64,000 nt of DNA, taken from contig NMRA01000338.1 in the NCBI GenBank assembly GCA_002633005.1, positions 277,690 through 341,689 of the forward strand, written 5' to 3'. The notes below the pieces were generated by a model that searched no databases, had not been told where the DNA came from, and saw only the letters and a list, made by a program, of their open reading frames with translations. The position numbers and the translations under genes were made by a program. This DNA comes from Phoronis australis (Eukaryota; Animalia; Phoronida). Positions 52,540-64,000 of the stretch are shown piece by piece (position 1 is the stretch's first letter; every line of letters begins with the position of its first letter).

Positions 52540-54070
52540 TTTAGGAGATACAGCCACAGAGAAAACAAAAAAGCCACTAGGAGGCGCCACAGTAGTCGCC
52601 ACCTTCCAAAAATCATCGTCAGTCATCCTCTTCCCAGTTAAAACTAAATTCCAATTTTTATGATCATCCCAATGGCCAACAGAGAGGCTAATGACTAAAG
52701 CAGACACAAAAATATTAAAAACGGCCACTAGGTGGCGTGCACTAAAATGGACAGATGTCATCATCTGTTTAACAGAAATCTATTTGCCAAATTTCATAAA
52801 AATCCGTCCAGAAACTTCGAATATCCGGAGTTGTCAGTTTTTCCCAGTGTTTGGGTGGGCGCAGGTTGTTACAGACCCGTGCAAATAGCTTTCGGTGCGA
52901 CGATAGACTGAAGACTGCCGGGTTCGAGTTAATCCTTTATTAATCTCGACCGTATGTTCACAAGCTTACTCAAACAAAACGTCCGATGTAATGCCTGTTT
53001 TATGCTCCAGCCAGTGCTGCGAAGCCTTGACTTGTGATGAACTTCTGAGACTTCCAGCAACTGTTACACTCGTTGAATCAAGAACCTTCTGTCTATAGCT
53101 GGCTCTGTGTTGGCTCTCGCTGTAACTGCTGATTCTCTTCACTGCAACTCAATTGTAATTCTCTCAACTGTTTAACTGTTAACTGCTTTTCATTTGTACT
53201 GACTAATACAAACCCGTTCTTGGGTATTTGTAGACTATGTGCAATGTTCTAGAACTTATCATCAATTCAAGCACATGCCAGAACTTTCCGGAATCTACCC
53301 AATCATTCTATAAACATATACTACTCTCTAGAATATTCTTGACTTCAGTAATCACTGTCATGCTAGAGCCTTTTAGGAAGTTCCACAGTATACTGTAGTA
53401 AACAAATTGAATCATCACTAGTGAACTCAGCCTACTAGAACGTTCCATACAATTCTGTAGTAAACAAATTACATCATCACTGTACTTAACTCAGGGGTCA
53501 TGACGCCAATCAAACAGAACAGAACAACAAAACAAAACAAAACAATAAACTAAAAATAGTGTCAGTCTATATTCTGACAGGAGGAAAACGGAAAACATAA
53601 AATTGCCACTGGGGACATAACAGTATTGGATCCGTCCGAAAGTCGTGGTCATCTGTTTTTACCTTCATATAAATACACTTGCAGACGGCAATAAACAGAC
53701 TTCAAAACACTGAAAATGGACACCAGGTGGCGCAAAATACGACAAATTCATTCGAAAACGTGAGGGTGTCCACATCTTCCTACTAGATACCTTGATAAAT
53801 TTCATGAAATTCTGTTAAGGAACTGCGAAGATACATTGTACAGAGGCAAACGTAAAAAATAAAATTGCCACTAGGGGGCACACCGGTAGTCGGGTCCATC
53901 CGATACTTCGCTCATGTCGTCTCATTCATGAAAGGAACGTATCTGCAAAATTGCATGAACATACATCAAGGGGTTTTGGAGATACAAAAGTGGACGCAGG
54001 ACAGACGGACGGACGGACGATCAGAGAAGGGGACATAATGCGCCCACATATAAATATGTGAGCGCATAAA
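52540..54070 (+). mobile_element. HINE/Helentron-associated-like element with internal tandem units, GGAC microsatellite and 3' hairpin
   Basis: Repeated ccactaggtggcgc...aaatttcat units, (ggac)n at ~53999-54019, hairpin atgcgcccacatat-aa-atatgtgagcgcat (54038-54067) followed by an A-run. Left end approximate. Confidence 0.6.
52867..53505 (-). mobile_element. Solo-LTR-like insertion (~640 bp)
   Basis: Ends tgttacagaccc and ggggtcatgacg form an imperfect short IR with one end not canonical; minus-strand AATAAA near 52937-52942; interrupts the HINE-like units; no TSD seen. Confidence 0.45.
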
Positions 54071-54346
54071 AAGGGCGTGCAAATTTAATGGCCAATCACG
54101 ATACAGTGTTAAACATTAAGCGCGCCCCAGTAATAATGGAACTATTGGATTGGAAAAAGCGGGCAAATTAAACGGCTTATCGTTACATACATGGATAAAA
54201 TTCGCACGTGCTACAATATTTTTCGAACCTTTGCCACACGTGCTATTGGTGGGTATTCAAAGACAGAAACGCGCGTGAGAGGAGTAACAAATAAACATCT
54301 GGTAATTTTTCCTACAAATATGCCTCTGTGCGTGTCTAATGAGTAG

Positions 54347-54530
54347 TCAGACTACGGGCCTTTCGGACAAATGGGTCGCCGGACAAATGTGTCGTCTGAC
54401 AAATGGCTCTTCGGACCAGTGGGCCGTCGGAGAAACGAGAAGTCTTCGGACTACTGAGCTTTCGGATTGCTGGGTACTCGAACTAATGGGCTTTCGGACT
54501 AATAGCTCTTCGGAATAATGGGGTGTCGGA
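54347..54530. repeat. 16-bp periodic array (ttcggactaatgggct-like, about 11 units); related arrays at 49011-49062, 51674-51745 and 61110-61170
   Basis: tcgga or tccga recurs every ~16 bp. Confidence 0.8.
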
Positions 54531-55006
54531 AATTGAGAACTCACGGAACGACTAGCTGACGGAGTCGTATTTGAAAATGTTACACATCCACGGCGAAGAG
54601 ATGAGGTCACGTCACGGCGCTATCTTCTGAGAAGACGGCTCCCTTCTGTACCACAACACCTCAGTATACCGACTAGATCGTCCCGAGTTATTCTATCCAC
54701 AGTGGGCTGGTCAAGCACAGTCAGGAGATTAATTGTCCACAAAATAAGCTAGTCGGTCGTCATCCAGGCCTACTCAATGGGTATGGAACCAGTTCTTGCA
54801 GTCACTACACAACCATGGCGCGGCCACTAAGGCCTATGAGAAACACACTAAAATTTACCTTTACCTTTGACTAACTCGGGCAGTGATTGTCGATTTTGCA
54901 TGTGTTGTTCAATCCGACCAGAAAGTTTTATAACTTTACGGGCAGTAAGTCTACCATTATCACCACTGGGATACAGTTACTTGTTTTGGACTATACAAAT
55001 AATCCA

Positions 55007-55300
55007 TACAAAATTGAATTTAATACTGGAATTTGAAATAAAAGTTACTAGAGTTAGCGACCTTGCATCCGTCTCTCACGGCTAATAGGAGGCGATTTAA
55101 CCAGACGGCGCGGCATTCAGGTCAGGACACTATCCCATAAGTATGACAGATGGAACCTTAATCCACCTCGTTTATTCGAAGCGTTAAAACGCCACCTATT
55201 AGCCAGAATAACCAAGCTGAAGTCAGTGAGAGATGGACGCAACGTTGCTAACTCTAGTAAGTTTTATTCCAAATTCCAGTATTAGATTCATTTTCCTGTA
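55007..55300. mobile_element. Foldback/MITE-like palindrome with ~95-bp arms
   Basis: taatactggaatttgaaataaaagttactagagttagc pairs with gctaactctagtaagttttattccaaattccagtatta; ggctaataggaggcg pairs with cgccacctattagcc. Confidence 0.8.
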
Positions 55301-56006
55301 TTTTTCTCTACTGGATGTTTTAAAACTTTAATGCTTTTATACAAATAATCAATAACCACTTCTCCACAACAATTGCGTTATCTTTTCCATTAATTGTGAC
55401 TGAATGTGACATTAACAATGTCTGAACGATTAAGTAGCTTAGTTTATGCAATTGAATGTCCTACACACGTTTTATGTGCCTCTGCGACACTTGCAAGGAT
55501 TCCCTAGCTCACTGGTGCGCCATATTAGCTGCATCAATTAGACTGGCTACGTATCCATTAATCGAGGCCGCACGAGCGTAGACGCAATTATATTTATATT
55601 CGGTTCATTAACTGTTATTACGTTCAATTCTTAAGTGACAAGTCAGCAAAATCTTGTCTGGGTACAAGTACGTATCGTTGTTATAACTCATATGTTGTTG
55701 GAATGAACGAACAATGTACTTGTCACTATAATAAATAAACATTGCTATAGGGGCCTACAGAGCCCAATGAATGAGGCCGTTACAAACAGATTTTCACACA
55801 ACTGTTTTCTTTTTCAGCCACATAAAGCTTATGCCGCGGAAGGCAACAATGACATCCCATAATGCTATCACATATCTGTTGTCTTACTTTAGTGAATGCC
55901 GTGCACTAATCAGCTCCATCCACTGAAAGAAATGTTTAAAATTCTACACAACCGGTCTGTGTATTACTACTGTGAGTCACTTACTAAGTCATTGCCTTTG
56001 ATGCGC

Positions 56007-56261
56007 CTAGTTAGTTCCGATATCTTCTAGACCTGTGTCATCGTTGACCCGCACTATGTCGACGTTTCGACATTGTTGTCTGCAGTAACAACACCTTTTG
56101 AAGGCGTCAATAATAATTTTCTTGAATGCTTTCCTGTAGCGACGTCGAAGAATAACGTACGAGTACGGATCAACAACTAAGGGGAGTCCAAAGCAAAAGT
56201 AAATCACTTGGTCTGCATTGTCATCTACCCATGTTCCCGTCTCGGCGCCAATTATACGAGC
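56007..56261 (-). CDS. GPCR 2 exon 2 (ECL3, TM7 VDPYSY, helix 8, CCYC tail)
   Basis: ttttgcag acceptor, then ARIIGAETGTW...DPYSYVILRRRYRKAFK...IGTN*. Confidence 0.92.
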   Translation of the reverse strand, partial: ARIIGAETGTWVDDNADQVIYFCFGLPLVVDPYSYVILRRRYRKAFKKIIIDAFKRCCYCRQQCRNVDIVRVNDDTGLEDIGTN

Positions 56262-59122
56262 CTGCAAAATGAACGAAGATATATTGTTACGCCGCTTTGA
56301 TTTGTAAGTGATCATGTATATAATTTCATTAGCAGTAATGTATTGCTGCATACCTTCCAACACAGAAATCGACTTCGCTTTAAACCACGAAAACCCTGTG
56401 AACTGCTCCTTTGTCGATCTGGTGATTTCAAAGCTTCGACAGAACTGCCAGATCGTCATTCTTTGAGACCAAACTCTAAAAGTTGACTTGTCACGGCATG
56501 TCATTTTATGCGTTGACCATGGTCTCGTGGGAAAAAATAACTGTCATTTTTTGCAAACCCATAAACCACTTTCCATCTGAGGTAAAAGATGGTGGCGCAA
56601 TTTTTAGTGGTAAATTGTCTGAAGCAAAAGTTGTTCTTTTTTGACGGAAGGAGGGTTTATAGCCGGCCAAAATCCAAGCAAGAACCGATGCCTCAGAAAC
56701 ATTTCATATGACTTTCTGTATAGCGATGTGCTTCACAACAGTAGTTATAACAAATTCATTGATTTTCGCGATCTAAAGTGAGTATACTAGTAGAAGCCAA
56801 AAGTACATGTGTGTTTTAGAATAGAGCCATCCCAGCCAATCGAGAACATCACAGAATCACCGCAGACGAATTTTAGACACTTACCAGATAATTTAAATGT
56901 TTCCTACTTTGCAACGAGCATGACAACCGGAGGAGCGCCAGCAATTATTTTTTTATTATGAAAGATGAGTTATGCACGGCTTCTTTCTCGTTTTTAAATT
57001 AGTAAACAGTTCCGTAGGCAAAGATAACTGCTTTGAGCCTGATACAAGTTGTTCTTATCATTAGCTAGACAGTCTAGTAGTTAACTGCTTGGCTTCTGAA
57101 ATATATCTCCTCTTAAAAAGTGAAGTTATCATAACTTAACCCGTTAGAAATAACAAAAAATAGATGCGTTAGATTTGAGTTCAGTGGTAACCGTTGATTT
57201 AGTAACTGTTTGAATTCTGGTAGGATGAGTTGGTATACGAGTAGTGATGCCGCATAAAAGAGCATGAGGACACATAAAACAGACTAAATTCTTATCTGGA
57301 CAAGCCTCGATTTAGAAACCACTATCGTTCGGATTTGAAACCGAAAGCAGTATTGCCGCGACACTGTCGATCCACTCAGTTCGATAGTGTTCGAAACTTG
57401 GCTGTCAGGGTTGGTAATCTCGTACCTGGACAAAATGGCATTTGTCAACGATTTCGTTGACGAATGAAGAGACGTGTTGGAAAGAAATATTAATTACCGA
57501 AGTATGTGTTAGAGTTAGGAGAATAGAGAACCTATGTATAAGCTTCCTCCCTTAGGCTTACTGAATATACGAGTTTTAGGTTATGTAGGATCTTATCGAC
57601 AAGTGTGTGCATTCAGCCAAATATATACACGTATAAAACTGTACATTCTAACTCACTGAAAGTATGTATTTTATGAAAGTAGACAGGCTGTAGAATTAGA
57701 TATTTGACGTTTTACAAATCTGTTATTGATTGGATCACGTAACAATGTCTGTTTTGTAAGTTCTAGCAAAGAAGTAAGATACATTAATAGCAAAACAACG
57801 TTTAATCAATTACACTATCAAATTTTACTTGTTAAAAACGTTCAAGGTTGTCACAGTTTTCTAACGTATCACTTAGTTTTCGTTTTTAAGCAACTTTAAA
57901 GATTGTTCGTGAGAGTCATGAAGTATTAATTTGATAGTACCTCACGCAAAAGACGGACATTTTAAAAACAATTCTTGAGAGGTCTTTGAAACAGCACATA
58001 AAGCATTGTATCTGAAAGTTTCTTATGCATACCATCAGCCATTTCTGATATATAATGTTCCTAATTTGGCCTTAAAGTGGTTCCATCGAATGTCCCCCCA
58101 AATGAGTTGCTAGGCAATCCCACAGTCCGAACTTCACATGTTTTGTAAAAAAAGAGACAGTAGATATAACCCATCACCACTGGGATTGTATTGCGATGAG
58201 AACGGTGAGGTCTGCTATCAGTCAAATGGTCGATTTTATTTAATCTCTAGTCAAAAAATGTTTTTTTGTGATTTACACGAATCAAATATAACTCCTTTAC
58301 TCGTTGAACAGATCTGGAAAAATATCTCTGCGCCAATGACTTAGAAATGTTACTTCTTCAATTGCAAAAAATGTATTTACTTCCGGAACTTTCAATAGGA
58401 AAAAATGTAATAGATGATGGTCCATTTACCTTTTTGTTTTTGGGAGGGTATTTAGCTAGTCTTAAATTTGACGCCATGTTCCGAAATGTGCGTACGTCGA
58501 TCTGTGAATGTGTCAAATAAGTCACGATCATACACGCACAAGCACAAGCACACGCAAACACAGCAATATATAGATTCTAGATATTATTTCTTATAATTGT
58601 TTATGCACGTGTTTGTTATTGCAGATAATAAAGTAAAAATTTCACATAAAAACAAAAATCATGAAATGATTTGGAATAAAATAACATCACTTTCATGGCA
58701 AGTTAAAGTACATTTAGATTAAAAGAGACTCAAAGCTGATAAGTTATCAAAACTCTCAGCTCCATGGTTTCCTAACCCTCTAGATACTTGTTGATGCACC
58801 TCAAAGAATTATTTTTTTTCTTGTTTATGTACTTTGCTTGACTACCCATTTAAAACGCTATAATCTGTTCAAGTCATGTCTAATATATCATAAGCGCAGT
58901 ACTAATCAAGGTGGTGCCAAATTAACGTCACAACAATATAATAGTTAATTGAAAGAGAATTTTATGTAAAATCTGAAGTTGATCCCCTAATTACAGGAGG
59001 TGAAAAGTGACTCGTGGGTACGCAAATTAACCTAGTCATCGATAACCCCACTTCATCAAGTTAATTGTAACATAGCTCAATCGCTTGATAGTTTCAAGTA
59101 ACAAAAAAATGCAATTTCTCAC

Positions 59123-59992
59123 CGTCATCGGGATCCAACAGGCCACAGTGGTTACCAGGACGCCCAACAAAGTCTTTGCAAACTGAATTTCAACTTTAAC
59201 CGCTTCCAAATACTCCTCATAGTTCTGTACATTGCTTGTTTTCCCATCAGCAACAGTACGCGGACCGATTCTTTTTGTCATGTGGATCACTTCGACGAGA
59301 ACTTTTACGTTGGTGACTACTATAACGGAAGTGCACGCGAGTCCGAAAGAAGCGAATGTGATGCCGTAAACACTTTCTTCTGAATTCCTTGTATTCCAAA
59401 ATGAAATGCACTCCCCTGTTCCAGGTTTGCTTCTGATTTGGAAAGACAGTGGAGTAAACAACATGACCACAATGGCGACGACGAAGACAGCTCCTGTGAT
59501 GAGAGTTATTTTAACTTTTTGGATCGAGACGAACCTCTCATAGAAATACGGGGTACAAATGGCAAAGTATCTGTCAAGCGCCATACAGACAGCCACAAAG
59601 CTTGAGTATAAAATTGGCAGTGCTGCACTCACTACGTATACAGTACATATAGCGTATCCGTGTTCCACATATAGTTCTGGGTTTAAAAATTTTATTGCTG
59701 TTGAAAATAATAGATTTAAGAGCACAGTTACATCGCAGATAGCTAGAAGACGAATTAGACTATTGACCGGTTTGTCCAACGAAATGTGACCTCTGCCGAA
59801 GATTACAAGAACAAGAATGTTTCCAAAGATCCCAGGCAAAAACACCACAAATATCACAATTAAGAAAAATGAAATGCTCTGCGGCTTAATATCATTTGGA
59901 AAACTTTGATTTCCGTCCGTTAAATTCAAGTCGGAAATGTGAGCTCTATCCATGCCGTGTTGAATTTCACAAGAGTTAGAAAACAATCCCAT
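59123..59992 (-). CDS. GPCR 2 exon 1 (TM1-TM6), paralog of GPCR 1; start ATG at 59992 or 59953
   Basis: GIFGN, LAICDV, MALDRYFAICTPYFY, PGTGECISFW, CWIPMT then a phase-0 GTGAGA donor at the same position as in GPCR 1. Confidence 0.92.
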
Positions 59993-61484
59993 AGGTGTAG
60001 TTAACACCTCTCTCTGCAGCGTATATTATATCAACTCAAAATCATGTCGGAAGTCGAACACTGCTCAATATCAGCAACTGATCAATGAATCGGTGTTTTT
60101 TCCTTCCACGCGGTCAATGTACAATCAGGACTAATAACTACTCATCAGAAACATCGCAAATGCTACCACCGCCGACGTCAACATAATAACCAGAACTGAT
60201 AATCACCGATACAAACCGCTCACGTACACAGCTTTTAATATCGCGTCACCAGATTTCTTATCGTGTCATCTGCCAGCCAATTTTCCGCGCTGTAGCTAAG
60301 AAGTGCATTGGTGGGGTTTTTCGCAAGTAATTATGTTTATTTTTCTTGTGGGTTCATCAGAGAATCTCTTGGAAAAGATATTTTCATTGGCTTAGAATAT
60401 CTCGGATAATGCAACGAATCACCGTCGCAGAAATCGAGGTGATCACTCACGAGACCAGCTACTGGTTAAATACTTCCAATGCAGTTCAGTCGTGAACAAT
60501 TAATCAACCTCAGGTTAAAAAATAAATGTGCAAATTGAGGCTTTTCAAAAATTCATTTTGACGGATTGAGTTGAAGGTCAATGATTCATATTTTATGTTG
60601 TCGGTGAGAAGTGGAAAGGAAATATACTTAGATACTTTAATGTTCATCGATTTCCCCTAATTCCCAAGAGAACACGACCACAGGACCATGTTTTCCTCTT
60701 CATCAAGGGATTGAAGCAATTTTTGGGGGCAATTCCCAAAACGAAGTTGTCAGTACAATGTCCGTGGAGTAAACGTTGCAAAGTGCAAAGGGACCCCAAA
60801 GAAAGGATCGAGGGCGGCACCCTTTATTGTCCTAGCCGGCGTCACATTAATTGTTGCGCGGAGGATGTTTCAAAACAGCCAGTGACAACCGAAATGAACG
60901 CGCCATGGTGCCTAGTGACCTATGTATGCATAGTTGGACTTTCTGCCCTATGGCATGCTTGCAAAGACTCAGACTGTTTCCAACAAAGAGATTGCAGTAG
61001 TGTTTCCAGGTTGTTACGCGTCATATGAGCCCACCATAGAAGTTTAAGTCCATAGACACCTAAAAGAGATGATGAAGTCTAAGGAAGGAATCTTCACTTC
61101 GGTTGCATGTCACTACTCCGAAGGTTCACTACTCAGAAAGTTCACTACTCCGAAAATTCACTACTCCGAACGTCTGCAAATAAGGCGGAACAGACAGGCG
61201 TGAAGTATTGTATTTGTTTTCATTTAATAAAGCACAGAAGAATCTTCTACATGCTGGTTCAAGTCATTTTAATATTTTTAGAACACGATTTTCCCACTTG
61301 ACTCTTCGGTCGTGAATCGTCGGGTGGCGCATAGGTAGTTTCCGGTGTTCAGTTGCTTAAAGAACTAGTTGCCATTGGCGTTGCCAGGAATTTATTTTAC
61401 AAACTGTCGTTGGGTTTTGCTTATTTAGCTACTGCCTTGCTCCCCCTGTGCTTACACAGGAACTTAGAACATACCTATCATACG

Positions 61485-61632
61485 CCACACACGCACACGG
61501 ACACGCACACACACACATATGTGTATATGTGTATGCGTTGTATGCGTATGCGTATGTATGCATGCATGCATGCATACATACTATATACTATATATACTAT
61601 ACTATATGCATACATGAATGTATGCATATAGT
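61485..61632. repeat. Compound CA/TATG/TATAC microsatellite
   Basis: Seen directly. Confidence 0.9.
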
Positions 61633-62594
61633 ATAACTACATTTCTAATACATGCTATTGAATACTTGCGACTGTACCAGCGCAGTACGAGAAAAGCATT
61701 CAAAATCAGCATTCAGCTCATATTAGCAGTAAATTCGAGACAAAACAAGAGCCATATGCAGCTTGACGTCCTGCTCTGCGCCCTTATTGCTAAAAAAGCG
61801 CGCCATTGAGGGCTAAAATTTCTACTAGATACAGCACATTTTGCCTCAATGACTAGTAAAAAATAAACTATTCAAAGACAGTCACATTTGATCAGCCCCA
61901 AAACAGCTCGCTTTTCATCTTTATCCGCCCTCATTTGTTCACAATGGTGCGAGCACATCAGCGAAGTGGCATAGTAATTTGTTAATTGAGTTTCTTTACA
62001 TACTCTTCATGAAAATTTGACGGTTGTATGCCTAAATTGTTGTCGACCGTGGGTACGTTTAACGCTACTGGTTAATTAATTTTATCATGGCTTATGTTTT
62101 ACGGTAAGAAATACATTGTTTGTGTGATCAAGGTTGACAGTTAAATCGTTGCCTTCATCATTGATGGATCATTGATTACATGCACATTGTTACTCTCACT
62201 GTCAAAACGTACCGAGAGTGGCGTAGATGAAGTAATATCCCACAAGACATTATTCCGCGGAATAATGTCGAAGTTTTTCAAAATAATTTTTAAAATCTAT
62301 CCTTCATAAGCCAATAGGGGATCGAGCGGTCCGCAGGGCTCGGCCAGGTGGACCCTATGTCGGTCCGTTTAGAGGAACCGCCCTCTGCACGTGGCCCTGG
62401 GTCCACCCTGTGGCGAATATAGGATATCATAAGGGGGGGGGAACTTTTTGTCTACAATCGCGCAACGCAGTTTTGTAGAGGCGCACAGCGCCGAATGGGG
62501 GTAGGTCGGGAAAGGGTTGATTTTGCCTCTGAAGTATTATCAAAGGAAAAAAACACTAAAAACGTGTGAACTGGAAAAGTACTTCTTGCAAATG

Positions 62595-62660
62595 CCACAA
62601 ACTTGAACTCGTGACCTGTCTGCTAGATCGTGCGTGCTCTACCACTGCGCCACTAAGCTA
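62595..62660 (-). mobile_element. tRNA-derived SINE head or tRNA pseudogene fragment
   Basis: Minus strand reads tagtggcgcagtggtagagcac...ggtcacgagttcaagt (Pol III A and B boxes); no complete cloverleaf. Confidence 0.6.
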
Positions 62661-62760
62661 ACACTTACAGTAACGTCATGTACTTAAGAGACATACTTGT
62701 TTATGGTCCATAGCGTTTGCGCGCGAACCTGTTTTTCCGTAATGCTTATTAGACGCTTTA

Positions 62761-63565
62761 TACCGCCAGAGGTCCTAAAGTCGTGAGCGCCCTAAAGTCG
62801 TGAACGATCTTATTTCCGTTTCTGCACGGTCCCGCGACATCTAGCGTCTAAGTTTCCAGCATTCGTCTGCTTACGAACGCCAAACGAATACCCGGACGTG
62901 CTGATATTCACAATATGATAATAAAGAGTGATTGTGTGGCTTCTTTTTTCACAATGTATCTTAAAACAGCATGTTTCACTAATCCACTTTTTTGTGCATT
63001 TTGAGAATATATTTTCGAAACTAAACATCGTCCAGACTTGCTATAACACGCGCTCCGGGGGAGAATTGAACAATGTATCAAAATGTCCCAGGGTCGATCA
63101 AGTTTTGTAAGGCCAAAACAATAAAATACAGAGAGATGAATGACGCTGGGTTAGCGTTTTACGTGAACAACCTCATTGAAAACGTCTGTGCCCATCAAAG
63201 TTGGGTTTAAAACATGTAACAATTTATTTCAATTCAAACTGAATTAATAAACAATGCAATGCATTTTTATGTCGTCTAGAGTAACTGTAAGCACTGCAGT
63301 TGATTTGTTTGGTCTTACTTCGTGCATTTCCGTCTAAACGATACGGTCACGACTTTAGGGCCTGATTCAAAATGGCTGGCGATATCAGCGACCGTTTCAA
63401 AACTCTGCCTACGGAGACAAACAAGAATTAAGATTGGCAAAACACGTACATTTGTGAAGGCTGATATATGTCCATGACATCACATGAGCAGTTGCTGGAG
63501 GACATTGGGTAGTATGACAATCAGCTGCTTATCATGCTTATATTCACGACTTTAGGTCACCGGTG
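62761..63565. mobile_element. Possible non-autonomous DNA transposon with repeated cctaaagtcgtga terminal motifs
   Basis: Two direct copies at 62774-62803 and inverted copies (tcacgactttagg) at ~63347 and ~63544. Confidence 0.5.
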
Positions 63566-64000
63566 TTTATTTTGTGCAACCAGTTCGTAGCAAAAGTTGT
63601 GTTTAAAATAGTCTCCAGTTGCCCAAAAGACCAAATCCGTCTTTCGTGTTGGCATTAACCACGCGATTGCTTTGGAAATCGTCTTAATTTTAATGTTTGA
63701 CAAAGAGAGAATTATTAGATTCAGAGTGATTCACGCAGGTTTCGATTAAAATTGACATCTTACCGGCAGCTTCAGTTTCTCCATCGTTACTCAGATATCC
63801 GTTTTCTTTGAAAAAGGGAAGGAATTTTCTTCATTGCACAGTTGAGCAGACGGAGTGGTAGTGCGCAGCGCTACTGCCGGTCACCTGGGATATCACGCAC
63901 ATATCAACCGGGAGCGCCACTACTTAGCCATAGGTCCGTTACGATTGCGCCGGTGGTCTGAATCGGACACTTGAAATTAGGTCTGAGCCACCCCCCCCCC

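Noticed and set aside
62595-62660. Functional tRNA gene
   Set aside because: A and B boxes are present but acceptor and anticodon stems cannot be formed; treated as SINE-derived.

Overview
AT-rich, intron-rich animal genomic DNA, probably from an invertebrate, in a draft assembly with N junctions at 8866, 18024 and 23015-23331. Three protein-coding genes can be built by hand from splice sites and reading phase. (1) A 5'-incomplete + strand gene (1836-20633, at least 14 exons) for a type-I membrane protein. Its order is: C-terminal end of an LPMO-like domain, two EGF-like modules, a DOMON domain interrupted by a ~4.2 kb perfect 36-bp (STAEPESTAEPK)n array, a second DOMON with Met/His heme-ligand positions, a SEA domain with GSIIV, a TM helix and a Tyr-motif tail. 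(2,3) Two paralogous two-exon class A GPCR genes on the - strand (33853-35849 and 56007-59992) with prostanoid-receptor-like signatures but no TM7 Arg. The rest is intron or intergenic DNA full of decayed mobile elements: an RLE-type non-LTR retrotransposon, TTAA-flanked Kolobok-like elements, an Academ-like remnant, THAP fragments, an L1/Tx1 fragment, a HINE-like element with a nested LTR-like insert, foldback MITEs and a SINE head. Two local duplications sit exactly at N junctions and are probably allelic assembly artefacts. All family assignments come from motif recognition by eye; no search was run.
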